A DNA stretch of 64,000 bases, from the NCBI GenBank assembly GCA_963681965.1, contig OY820579.1, forward strand, positions 416,001-480,000, given 5' to 3'. The DNA is from a bacterium. Its GTDB lineage: Bacteria > Electryoneota > JAOADG01. Shown in pieces: positions 48,549-58,634 of this stretch. Position 1 is the stretch's first letter. Each line of letters begins with the position of its first letter. Both the position numbers and the translations under genes were made by a program. The notes beneath the pieces were generated by a model. That model made no database searches. It was not told where the DNA came from and was given only the letters and a program-made list of their open reading frames with translations.

Positions 48549-50561
48549 TTACTTGAGCAATACTGCTTTGCGGGTTGCAACCGCCTTCGGGGTTGTCATT
48601 GTGACGAAATAGATACCCGACGCAACTCGCAAACCGTTGCGATCCGATCCATTCCAATTCACTTCGAATTTACCTGCCTCGAAGTTTCGATCCGCCAAAG
48701 TAACGATTTCGCGTCCATTCGCATCGAAAACGGAAATATTCGCGTGACTTGCTTCCGACAGTTCAAATCGGATCAGCGACGATGCATTGAAGGGATTCGG
48801 ATACACCGGCAACAAATTGATCGTTTGCGGTAGTTTCACCGCCGGGTTAGACTGAATTTGCGCATCACTGCCCATCATCAATTCGTTAAACTCTGCCAAT
48901 CGACGAATATTGGCTTGATTGCGTGCCGCCTCGGATTGAACCCCGACCTTCATAGTCGACGGTCGCAGCACTTGCGATACATCGATATCGTAAGCTACCC
49001 GCAACGAGTCGCGATGACGAGCGTGGCGCAAGATTTGATTGCGAATTCGGTCGGCTTGTGCAAACTCATTTTCGGCATCGTAACCGTAAGACGCCGAGAA
49101 TCGCGATGCCTGTTGCAAATCTTGACCGACTTCGGGCAAATCTTCGGGATTGATTTTGGATAATTGTTTCAATGAATAAACCGCTTCCGAGGTCGAGTCG
49201 CCGGATTCTTCGATTGCCAGCGAATAGGTTGCCACGGCACTGGAAACCATACCGTTTGCGGCATAAGCACTCGCAACCATCGCAGTACCACCGGTTTCCA
49301 AAGCATAGCTTCCAAGCTGAGCACCGCAATTGGTTCCGGTGCTCTGGGTGCCGATTTGCCACAACACTGGATCGGCAGGAATAAAGTGAGAGATCGATGC
49401 ACCGTTGGCAAATTGATTCAATTTGAGATAATGAGTCACTGGTTTTGCCGATGCCTCTTGCATATAGATGTCGCTTGAAGTTGCCAGATGGAAGGTATTT
49501 TCACCATACAGGAAATAGGGAGCAGCTTCATTGATGTAAACGATTGGATGACCTTGGATTCCGAAAAACTCGTTGCCACCGACTTTGCTGTTGGCAATGT
49601 CGAAAAATGCCGGTGCGGCATTACCGCTTAGATTCAGTGCGTAGGGATGATTGTCTTCAAACCGATTGCAGAGAAATACCGGATCGCAGGCATACCCAAC
49701 AAAAGCGCCTAAATTCGTGTTGTGACCATTATGCATGAATACGCATTCTTCAATTTGACCAGTGTTTGGTCCAGGATAGTCATGCGACCACCGAATCGCG
49801 CAGTCGCCGGCATATTCCATTGAATTACCCTTAAGGTGCGGGCTGCTATAAAGAATATCGAATTCGGAAGTCCAGTCGATCAAATCGGAATAATCGGTTT
49901 TGAGCGTATCGCACGATTCCATTTTGATCGCAGTACCCACGCCATAGCCTTCAAACGAGCAGTATTCAATCGTGCCCTTTAATACTTTATACAGGTCGAT
50001 TGCCGATTCGGTCGGTCCGACAAATTGATTGTTTGCTAGATACAAAAAGCAGTTCGCCGAACCATTCGAGCAAGCTTTAATGTGATTCGTTCCCTCGAGG
50101 AAATAGGAATTCGTGATGGAAATCGTGTCACAGTAACTGGCAATTTTCACAGAATAGGTATTACTGGAGAATTCTACCGAGTCTAGAATGACTTTACCGT
50201 CATTGACATACAGTGCAATCGGGAGACTCTGGAAAACAACATGTTTACCAGTCACCTTGCCGGTAGGATTCACTTCGATCGCTGACCATCCGGTTGGCAT
50301 TGTTCCACTTTTGACGAACGTTGTTACATCAGTCGATAAGGAATTCGACTTTCGACCTTCAAACAGAAGCGTTGCGCCAGCAGAAACGACAAAATGTCCG
50401 GTGTTGGAAAAAACATAGCGTGTAGCCACAGGTATAGAATACACTGTATTCTGTGGGATGACTACCGGTTGCGAAATCGTGATAACTGTTTCAGCCATCG
50501 CTACCATCGCAGAAAGACTAAGAATTGCGATAATTAGTAATGGTAAACGGTTTCTAAGCAT
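48549..50561 (-). CDS. Secreted right-handed beta-helix protein with FlgD-Ig/PNPFN C-terminal domain
   Basis: GGAGG RBS; signal peptide; beta-helix-like repeats; YPNPFN...WNG.D..G..VASGIYF...KAVLLK. Confidence 0.8.
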   Translation of the reverse strand: MLRNRLPLLIIAILSLSAMVAMAETVITISQPVVIPQNTVYSIPVATRYVFSNTGHFVVSAGATLLFEGRKSNSLSTDVTTFVKSGTMPTGWSAIEVNPTGKVTGKHVVFQSLPIALYVNDGKVILDSVEFSSNTYSVKIASYCDTISITNSYFLEGTNHIKACSNGSANCFLYLANNQFVGPTESAIDLYKVLKGTIEYCSFEGYGVGTAIKMESCDTLKTDYSDLIDWTSEFDILYSSPHLKGNSMEYAGDCAIRWSHDYPGPNTGQIEECVFMHNGHNTNLGAFVGYACDPVFLCNRFEDNHPYALNLSGNAAPAFFDIANSKVGGNEFFGIQGHPIVYINEAAPYFLYGENTFHLATSSDIYMQEASAKPVTHYLKLNQFANGASISHFIPADPVLWQIGTQSTGTNCGAQLGSYALETGGTAMVASAYAANGMVSSAVATYSLAIEESGDSTSEAVYSLKQLSKINPEDLPEVGQDLQQASRFSASYGYDAENEFAQADRIRNQILRHARHRDSLRVAYDIDVSQVLRPSTMKVGVQSEAARNQANIRRLAEFNELMMGSDAQIQSNPAVKLPQTINLLPVYPNPFNASSLIRFELSEASHANISVFDANGREIVTLADRNFEAGKFEVNWNGSDRNGLRVASGIYFVTMTTPKAVATRKAVLLK

Positions 50562-51212
50562 GACATACCTCCCAATAGAAATAAATCAAGTCCCACCAAA
50601 ATATTCTACCAACAATTATCGTGTTAAACAGAATCTCGATTCATCGATCATTGTCAGGGCTTGATGTAATATGAACTAGATTGAAGTTTTCTTCTAGTTG
50701 AAAAACATTTTCAAACATCCGACCGCTTTAAGAAATAACGGGATCAGAGATTTCAAGATGATTCAATCAATTGTCTACTCGTACATCCACTCGAATGAAA
50801 AGTCGGTGCAACTGATTATTTGATAAAAGCGGTTTAATATAACATAAAAACTATTTTAACAAAAATTGTATCGCAATGTCTATACAAAGGTCGTGTTAAA
50901 ACTCGTAAAAAGTCAACTCTTTACAAAATATTTTGTGTTTTTTAGCAGAGGAACCAAGTGCTAATCTTTTGTATCTCTAGAATATTCTTAGAAATTTACT
51001 TGCAGGATTTTGGATTGATTGCTTTTACTCTGGGAGTTTCACGGGCAGTCAAAACAACGAAAGTGAAGAAAAACAGATTAATGGGTGCTGAGTTGAACAG
51101 AATAACCCCATCACTGGAGTGAAACATTTTTTAACAGTTGATAATTTTTATTGTTTTTTAACAACATAAAAATTGATGGTATGAATTAATAAATCTTGTG
51201 TGCAAGATCACA

Positions 51213-53450
51213 CTACATTAGTACCCAGCTAATGAGGAGTACGACACTCAGACCTATCGCAGTGAACTCCATACCGAATAATGGAACGATGAAAATTGCA
51301 CTGATCCAGCACGCGAGTAGGCTTCCAAAGGCATCGGCAGCAAAAATTCTTCCCCCACTTTTATTCGAGCCCAACAACTGATTGCAATATCCAAACAAGC
51401 CTCCGACCGATATTCCAACAATTATTAAACTTGTACAAATGACTCCAAAACTACTTCCAAACTCAAACCACCGATCAATGAGGGTAATGCAAACCGTCAA
51501 CAGAAAAACCGTAAAGAGATTTCTCGAACTGATCCATCGTTTCATCCCGTGATTTTGTGCGACATTTTTATGAAGCAAACTAACGTTTCCAAACCGATGA
51601 AATAAGATCGCTCCAACCGCCATACCAACCATGAATAACACCATTAACCAACCCAAGTCGCGGTATAGCACACCATTCGTCGATTGGTAGCGGTACAACA
51701 AAACGGTTTCGATCGTCATTCCACAAAACCCGACTAGTATCATTAATACGATTGGGCGGAATCTCGACTTGCGAATTCTCATTGCGATAGCAAGTCCAAT
51801 AATGAGTACCGCAATCAGTGAACAATAACCGGAAATAGTATCAATCTCTTTAAAATTCCAACGATCAGACAACAATGTGTTGGGATAAAATTTCGACAAC
51901 CAGATCAACTGAGTATTAAACACAGTTGCAGAGAGTGCATCTCGATTGATTTCTGTCTTCGAAGCTGTGAGTAATTGTTCGACAGTTCCTATTCGGTCGG
52001 TTTGAAACCGGTAGCGGATATATTCGGGAATCACCAGGTGCGGGTGTAACCTTCGGTGTTCGAACCGCGCGATGAGAGATTCGGCATCCCGACTAAGTTC
52101 CGTTTGCGATGCAACGACGATACTGGTTGCATCGGGTAAGAGCACCACCGATTTGAAAGCACTCCTCAATGCCGCGATAATTCCACCAGTTCGCAACGTT
52201 AACGCTTTCGTCCAGTAGTTTTCCGCCGATTGAAAGCGGAAAGCAACAATTCCTCCCGGCGAAAGATGTCGATTGACAAGATCAAAGAATTCTTTCGTGT
52301 AAAATCGATTATTTTGAATCGTCGATGGTTCTGGCATATCGATCAGGATCGCATCGAAGCGACTCGTGTGCTGCAAGTAGTTGCGGAGATCGTCGACGAC
52401 AAACTCTACCGATGGATATGAATTCGAATTCAAGTTGACCAAGTTCTTTTTGCGATGCAATAATTGAAAAGCGGTGTTGTCCAATTCGCAACAAACAACC
52501 TGTATAGGATGGTGTTGCAGGATTTCTTCAATTGCACCATTGATACTGCTCCCCAACAGCAAAACCGATTGCGGATTGGGGTGTTGTAAGAGTGAAAGAT
52601 GAACCAATTCTTCAATCGAATGCCCTTCAGATTCGTAGGCAAGTGCATCATTCTCATAGACGACAATTTGTTGCTCGCGACTGGTAATGATTACTCTTCC
52701 GTACGGGGTGTCTTTTAAACCAATTAAAGTCGGATGATTCCATTTTGTGGATGCCCAATCAATTTTTCCCGACCACGGTATCACCCCTAAACCAACGATC
52801 AACATCAAAATGGATACATATTCGCGGAATGAGTGTTGCCAAGTCTCATTGTTTCTCCGAAAAATCGAACCACAGAATTGAATAATAATTGGTGTAAGGG
52901 CAATGAAAGCAGTGACAATGATTGCGGTAAAATTGGGGATCGACCAAATCAGTATCAGTACGGAAAGAAACGCACCAAATGCCGCACCGAAACACTCTAA
53001 TCCATACGCAAGCGCGACACTACGATTGGATTGTAACAATCGATTTGCACTGATCTGAAAGATCCGACCGGAAAAAAATCCCAGCGGAAATAGTGTAGTC
53101 ATCATCTCGAATAAGAGAAATGGAGGGGATATATAAGCGCCTGCAGTTGCACCAATTACAATGCGGAAACCACGTATAAGAACAGTACTAGTTGGTAATA
53201 CTAAGGAAAACAAAATCCATAAACTATCGACATTTGTTCGATTGCGGTTTATCTTAAGTTCGCCAATCCACGATCCACAAGCGGTTCCCAGTAACCAGAA
53301 GCCAATTCCCAGAATGTAGAGTAATTCAATTCCCAGCGAGGTCGCAATCAATTCACGCAATATCAGTACTTGTCCGAATTGCGAAACGATACCCACAACG
53401 ATGAGGTTTAACGAAGGATGAATTCCTGTTGGATCACGACTCATTGTCAT
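51213..53450 (-). CDS. Fused MFS-like membrane protein / spermidine-synthase-like SAM-binding domain
   Basis: ~7 TM + soluble domain (TPYG, EELVH, VLLLG, ELD, DDLR.YL, FDAILID.P.P, NRFYT.EFF) + ~7 TM. Confidence 0.8.
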   Translation of the reverse strand: MTMSRDPTGIHPSLNLIVVGIVSQFGQVLILRELIATSLGIELLYILGIGFWLLGTACGSWIGELKINRNRTNVDSLWILFSLVLPTSTVLIRGFRIVIGATAGAYISPPFLLFEMMTTLFPLGFFSGRIFQISANRLLQSNRSVALAYGLECFGAAFGAFLSVLILIWSIPNFTAIIVTAFIALTPIIIQFCGSIFRRNNETWQHSFREYVSILMLIVGLGVIPWSGKIDWASTKWNHPTLIGLKDTPYGRVIITSREQQIVVYENDALAYESEGHSIEELVHLSLLQHPNPQSVLLLGSSINGAIEEILQHHPIQVVCCELDNTAFQLLHRKKNLVNLNSNSYPSVEFVVDDLRNYLQHTSRFDAILIDMPEPSTIQNNRFYTKEFFDLVNRHLSPGGIVAFRFQSAENYWTKALTLRTGGIIAALRSAFKSVVLLPDATSIVVASQTELSRDAESLIARFEHRRLHPHLVIPEYIRYRFQTDRIGTVEQLLTASKTEINRDALSATVFNTQLIWLSKFYPNTLLSDRWNFKEIDTISGYCSLIAVLIIGLAIAMRIRKSRFRPIVLMILVGFCGMTIETVLLYRYQSTNGVLYRDLGWLMVLFMVGMAVGAILFHRFGNVSLLHKNVAQNHGMKRWISSRNLFTVFLLTVCITLIDRWFEFGSSFGVICTSLIIVGISVGGLFGYCNQLLGSNKSGGRIFAADAFGSLLACWISAIFIVPLFGMEFTAIGLSVVLLISWVLM

Positions 53451-53459
53451 TGACTTTTA

Positions 53460-54992
53460 CTACTTCAATTCGTGCTCGGAAAATACGACTGCTTGGAAGG
53501 TTAAAAATTCCGCCTTCGATTTCCAGGCATCACGTGGTAACCCGGCTTTTAAACAGAGATTATCCAGCAACTCAGTTCGAGACCAATTTTGCTCGGTAGC
53601 GACTTGAGGAAGAAATACCGCCGATCGACCATCTTTTCGAATTACGACACCATCGCGACCTATGACAATGGCATCGGTACTAGCGATCGGTTTGATCGGG
53701 GTTAATACCGATATTTCCACCTCAATTGACGATAGCTCATCGCTGGTTACCGGATCGAACCGGCGATCTTCGAATGCGGCTGCCAACGCCATTTGACCAA
53801 CTGTATTCATTAATGGTTGATCTTCGGACATGTGACCGATACAACCACACAGTTCACCTTTTTTCTTCAGTGTTACAAAAGCACCTTCGTTTATATTTAA
53901 AGCTGCGGAGGAGGATCGATTCAATGGTGTCGTCGAACTTGATAGATACCACTCAATCGATTTTCGGGCATGATTAAGCAACCATCGTTTCTCTACCTCT
54001 GTTAATTGCGTATTGGATGAAGCAGTCAACTGATCATCATGACATTTAAACCAAGATGTATCTATTTTAGAGCCTTGACCCAACACGATTGCACCATACC
54101 CAACCACTCGATTTCGATCGCCGACCGAACAGTCACCGGAATTGGCATACGAAATCACACGACTACCCGGTATTCCGACTGACAGAGCAGCATACATCGC
54201 AGTTAAAATCGGTGCTTCGCCGCAAGCGCAAGTCTCGAGATTATGAAAGCGATCAAGTTCGGATTGCGTACATGCCGTTTTCAATCGGCCTGGATTTATT
54301 GTTGCAATTGCTTTCACGGTTTCGCGATCGACCGAATTCGCCGTTTCGTAATCCGGATAATGAGATAGATCGGAACTTGCGACAATGAGTAAGTCGTATT
54401 GTTTGGACAAATTTGCAAGCGCTTGTCCAAGATGCTCGCACATTCGGGAATCCGGTTCTCCCACAACAATCGGAAGGATTTTGGCGGTAGGGAATAGCGT
54501 TTGCACAAAGGGGAGTTGTACTTCGATCGAGTGTTCACGCTCGTGAACCATCGTCTCGGAGCTGAAAGATTGATCCGAAGACAATAGTCGATTCGCGGCA
54601 GTTTCATCGATTCGGACTTTCCCTAACGGAGTTTCGAAGGTTCCTCGGGGAAAGATCGAAACGCCCGAAAAACCCGCGATCGTATGATTGGTACCGAGTA
54701 ATACTATTAGATTGTATTTGTAGTTTTTCGTTTGAGCGAAGGCATCGGCGGCGATTTGCCCACTAAAAATGAATCCGGCATGAGGGACGACAATCGCGAA
54801 CGGTTTTTGTGAATTGATCGGTTCGGCATTTTCGAGGTAGCGGTTGACTGCGAGTTTTAGTGCAACGGGATCGTCAGGATAGAATTTTCCCGCTACGGCG
54901 GGTCGTCGATTGATATCCTCTTTTCCTGCCGCATGACAACCCGTTAACAGGATCGACAGAAGCAGCAGTATGATTACTCGATTGGTCCGCAT
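53460..54992 (-). CDS. amrB: AmmeMemoRadiSam protein B (Memo) fused to protein A (AMMECR1); predicted lipoprotein
   Basis: RRPAVAG.FYP, PHAG, EHSIEVQLPF, SSDLSHY; GAFVTL....LCGCIG, FEDRRF, EISVL, FLPQV; N-terminal lipobox LTGC. Confidence 0.9.
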   Translation of the reverse strand: MRTNRVIILLLLSILLTGCHAAGKEDINRRPAVAGKFYPDDPVALKLAVNRYLENAEPINSQKPFAIVVPHAGFIFSGQIAADAFAQTKNYKYNLIVLLGTNHTIAGFSGVSIFPRGTFETPLGKVRIDETAANRLLSSDQSFSSETMVHEREHSIEVQLPFVQTLFPTAKILPIVVGEPDSRMCEHLGQALANLSKQYDLLIVASSDLSHYPDYETANSVDRETVKAIATINPGRLKTACTQSELDRFHNLETCACGEAPILTAMYAALSVGIPGSRVISYANSGDCSVGDRNRVVGYGAIVLGQGSKIDTSWFKCHDDQLTASSNTQLTEVEKRWLLNHARKSIEWYLSSSTTPLNRSSSAALNINEGAFVTLKKKGELCGCIGHMSEDQPLMNTVGQMALAAAFEDRRFDPVTSDELSSIEVEISVLTPIKPIASTDAIVIGRDGVVIRKDGRSAVFLPQVATEQNWSRTELLDNLCLKAGLPRDAWKSKAEFLTFQAVVFSEHELK

Positions 54993-55017
54993 GGCAAATT
55001 TCCCTGAATAGAAAGTA

Positions 55018-56274
55018 TTAACTCCAAATTCCAGCAATCGGTTCACGACAATACTCACACTTCCCATCCTTCATCTGCATCGATTGTACAAAGAACCCTT
55101 CCCGACTAATCACCTTTTTATGGCAACTGGGACAATATGTGTGATTCCCTTCGCTACCGGGTACGTTTCCAACATAGACATAGTGCAATCCGCTATTCAT
55201 TGCTTTTTCGCGTGCACGTTCCAGTGTCGCAACCGGTGTCGGAGGAAGATTGAGTAATTGATAGTCAGGATGAAAGCGGGTGAAATGCAGTGGAACATCG
55301 ACACCAATTTCGCCGACGAGCCAGTCGATTAAATTGGTAAGCATCGCATCGGAATCATTTAACGTCGGTACAACTAAATTTACGATTTCGAGATGTGTCC
55401 GCGATTTTGCGATCTGTTTGATCGATTTCAAAACCGGTGCCAATTCTGCCGAACAGACAGTTCGATAAAAGTCGGGACTGAACCCTTTTAAATCGATTTT
55501 AATTGCATCCAATACCGAGCACAATTCCGTTAACGGTTCGGGATTCATAAATCCGCAACTGATCATTACCGTCCGCAGTTGCTGATTTCGGGCTGCCCGC
55601 GCGATGTCGGTCAGATATTCGATAAAGACCGTTGGTTCATTGTAAGTAAAAGCGATTATGGGAGTGTTATTTTCATTCGCACTCGATACAATCGTATTGG
55701 GAACCGTATAGTTGGCACTGTACTCTTCGGGGGATATTTGCGAGATTTCCCAATTTTGACAAAACTTACACTGCAACGGACATCCGGAAGTTGCCAGTGA
55801 ATACGCCAACGATCCTGGCAAAAAATGATAAAATGGTTTCTTTTCGATCGGATCGGTGTGAATCGCAATCGGACGTCCATACACTAATGATCGCAGCTCC
55901 CCATTTCGGTTGATTCGGGTTCGGCAGCGACCGCGCTCTCCCTCATTAATTCTACAGTTTTGGGCACAGAGCAGGCATTTTATCTGATTCTTTCGATGGT
56001 GGTGCTGGGCTTCTTGCAAATCCTCCTCAGCACCATGACAATCGAGACAGTGCCCTGTTGCGGAATTCGCGCCGATCCAATACCGTGCAAGTGGTGCTGC
56101 TTGCGCAAGAAGATCCAAGCGGTTGGCAGCAAATGCTTGATCCGCTTTGGTTAAGAGTGATGTAAGCCAACCAAACTGCGACAACAATAAGTAAGTGCTC
56201 GCTGCAGAAATCCCCGTCTTTCCGGTTTGTTTTAAAAATTCCCGTCGAGGTAGCAGATCATTAGAAGGTGTCAT
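55018..56274 (-). CDS. amrS: AmmeMemoRadiSam radical SAM enzyme with twin-arginine signal
   Basis: C..C...C......G.C, DPIEKKP.YHF.PG, CPLQCKFCQNW (CxxxCxxC), FTYNEP, HFTRFHP, YVGNV, T.CP.C; N-terminal PRREFLK. Confidence 0.93.
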   Translation of the reverse strand: MTPSNDLLPRREFLKQTGKTGISAASTYLLLSQFGWLTSLLTKADQAFAANRLDLLAQAAPLARYWIGANSATGHCLDCHGAEEDLQEAQHHHRKNQIKCLLCAQNCRINEGERGRCRTRINRNGELRSLVYGRPIAIHTDPIEKKPFYHFLPGSLAYSLATSGCPLQCKFCQNWEISQISPEEYSANYTVPNTIVSSANENNTPIIAFTYNEPTVFIEYLTDIARAARNQQLRTVMISCGFMNPEPLTELCSVLDAIKIDLKGFSPDFYRTVCSAELAPVLKSIKQIAKSRTHLEIVNLVVPTLNDSDAMLTNLIDWLVGEIGVDVPLHFTRFHPDYQLLNLPPTPVATLERAREKAMNSGLHYVYVGNVPGSEGNHTYCPSCHKKVISREGFFVQSMQMKDGKCEYCREPIAGIWS

Positions 56275-56588
56275 TTCGAATCACCTTCCCCACAATCGTG
56301 ATTTTCAAAAAGCTCGACGATTGTCGCACCCCAACTCGATCCGTCGGGTGCGAGATAAAATTCACGAATCTGGGGTAGTTTCCGTAAAATTGCGTGAACG
56401 CGTTCTCGCAGTGCACCCGTTCCTTTACCGTGAATGATTCGAACGGTTAATATGTCGCGCGATTGACATTGAAGAAGATATTCGGGGATAAGAAGCTTGA
56501 CATCTTGTGGGTGGAAGGTGTGTAAATCGAGGACACCGTCGATCGGTACCTCGAAAATCGCATCGGACTGTTCTTCGTCACTGGTCAT
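56271..56588 (-). CDS. Smr/MutS2 C-terminal domain protein
   Basis: LDLHTF, IIHGKGTG.LR, WGAT.V; stop overlaps the amrS start. Confidence 0.9.
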   Translation of the reverse strand: MTSDEEQSDAIFEVPIDGVLDLHTFHPQDVKLLIPEYLLQCQSRDILTVRIIHGKGTGALRERVHAILRKLPQIREFYLAPDGSSWGATIVELFENHDCGEGDSK

Positions 56589-56770
56589 AGAGTCAAGTTA
56601 CGAACGGAATTTAAAACGTGCATCTCTAATTAGAAGATTGCACAATTCAATCCAAATCGAATTGGTAATTTCTTAGGCGAATTTTTTGAGTAAGAATGAT
56701 AATTCCGATCAATGGGGTCGGGTAAATGAAAAGTAAAGAAGAGGTTTAACAAAATGAGCGATGTTGGGTG

Positions 56771-56959
56771 TTAATTGTTATTTTTTGGCGATACTTGTTC
56801 CTGTGAATTGTTGTTTGTAAATACGAATTCAAACAACGAGGTTTCAATTAAGGGAAAGTTCAATGAAGGTACAACGGCAATCGTCATTGAAAATTGTGGT
56901 GAACTGTTTTCGACACAAAATGTAAAGCGTGTACCCAATGCGTCATGTTTGCGGTGCAT
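56771..56959 (-). CDS. Possible 62-aa small protein
   Basis: GGAGG RBS upstream of ATG 56959; no recognisable motif. Confidence 0.3.
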   Translation of the reverse strand: MHRKHDALGTRFTFCVENSSPQFSMTIAVVPSLNFPLIETSLFEFVFTNNNSQEQVSPKNNN

Positions 56960-57407
56960 TAAGTAATCCTCCAGAAACTGCACTACGGTAATGAAGACTG
57001 AAGAAAAAAAGTTGTACTGTAGAAAAGCTTCAGCGACAATCGTACTAATTTATTAGTCAATCTACTTGATACAAAATAATACATTTGTTGGTGGATTTCC
57101 ACAACTATTAACGACAAAATAAATGTATCCGATAACTGTATTTAATATTTAACCGATCATTAATTATAATTCCAATAATATTATATTCTTACTAATATTT
57201 GCTGTAATAATTTACATGCATATTGTTTTACATATAAACATATAAATAACGTTTTTGTCGGTTTATTATTAACCGATCCCTACTCGGTGAGATCAAACAA
57301 ACTCATTATAACATGTTAATATTACTTAATATAACTGGATTAATAAAAAAAATGGGGATCTGGTTCGAATGCGTCGTTTTGGTGCATATTTGTCTGTCGC
57401 TAACAAG

Positions 57408-57430
57408 AAACCCCCAAAGAATGGGGGTTT
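57408..57430 (-). terminator. Terminator after the AraC regulator
   Basis: AAACCCCCA-aagaa-TGGGGGTTT. Confidence 0.65.
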
Positions 57431-57448
57431 AGAGAAGCTTATGATTAG

Positions 57449-58333
57449 TTATCGTTGAACCGGGATATAGATATCGATCTCGGTTTCGTCGTTGTCAACC
57501 CCTTTGAAGCGCTCATCGTAATATTCAAAATCGATTTTACCGATCGTCTTCAATTCCGATTTCGGAAACCATGTTCCATAAATATAATCGTACGATTTCA
57601 TCAATCGATCGGGGAAAAAACGTCCTTTGTGGGTGAATACTGCATATTCCTGTGCCGGAACTTGCCGATGAACCATCCCTTGGGGAATTTTGTCGACTTT
57701 AGACACCGGTACCGACACCACCGCAGTAAATGGTGAGTCGTCATCGGCAGTTTTCGGATCGAATGGTTCATTCATCATACACAATCCATAACAGATTTTT
57801 TTTCCGATTTTGTGTTGTACTTCGTGTGCTCGGGGTAGAAACTGCTCCCACAAATCTGGGATAATATTATTGTTCTTCGTTGAGACCCCTTCGATTCCGA
57901 CCACATCGAACGCGTCTTTTTTCACGAATCGCGGTTCGTGACTGATACCGTCAAATAAGTGCATAATCATTTCTCCAGTTAGTTGTTTTTTATCGAATAT
58001 TGGCATCACTTGTCGATTTTTTCGGTATTGACTCGGTGTCATACCGTAAACCGACTTAAATGCGCGGGTAAATGCCTCATGGGATTCAAAGCCAAAATCG
58101 AGTGCAATCCCAAGAATTTGTTGTTTTGTGGTTAGCAGAATATTTGCTGCCTCGGTCAATCTTCGACGACGGAGATAATCACCAGGGGTCGTACCGACAA
58201 TTGCGTAAAAGATGCGGTAAAAATGATAAAGGGATACTCCAGCGGTTCCAACGGCTGTAGTTAAGACATTCCGATCTAAAAGATGTTGTTCGCAATAATC
58301 AACTACGAGTTGGATCCGCTCGACACCAGTCAT
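57449..58333 (-). CDS. AraC/Rob-type regulator with GyrI-like effector domain
   Basis: S.YHF.R.F...G.T...Y.RRRRLT.AA; GFESHEAFTRAFK..YG.TP..YR; YAVF.H.G, IY..W, DFE.YD, IYIP. Confidence 0.93.
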   Translation of the reverse strand: MTGVERIQLVVDYCEQHLLDRNVLTTAVGTAGVSLYHFYRIFYAIVGTTPGDYLRRRRLTEAANILLTTKQQILGIALDFGFESHEAFTRAFKSVYGMTPSQYRKNRQVMPIFDKKQLTGEMIMHLFDGISHEPRFVKKDAFDVVGIEGVSTKNNNIIPDLWEQFLPRAHEVQHKIGKKICYGLCMMNEPFDPKTADDDSPFTAVVSVPVSKVDKIPQGMVHRQVPAQEYAVFTHKGRFFPDRLMKSYDYIYGTWFPKSELKTIGKIDFEYYDERFKGVDNDETEIDIYIPVQR

Positions 58334-58634
58334 CGTTCATCCTTTGTTTTCATAAAGTACACAACTTTTGAGGTAGAAATCTTGACTTTTTTTGCGCTCA
58401 CCGATAGTGCAGTAAATCCTTTCGAAATCATTTCATCATTCGGTTTTTCAAATACTTCTCTGAAGTTATCGGATCTAGCAGTTCGGTCGCAAATCATTGC
58501 TAACGTTTCAATTTTACTGCATATTATTTTCAACGAACATATCTTCTGATAGTTACAAAGCCATTTTTAAATCGGATGTCAATCGTTACCCAATTCGGAT
58601 CGGTGGTAAGATCTGTTTCTTACCGGGAGGCACA

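Noticed and set aside
50562-51212. AT-rich intergenic region as replication origin
   Set aside because: No cluster of TTATCCACA-type DnaA boxes and no dnaA context; more simply the promoter region of 48549-50561.
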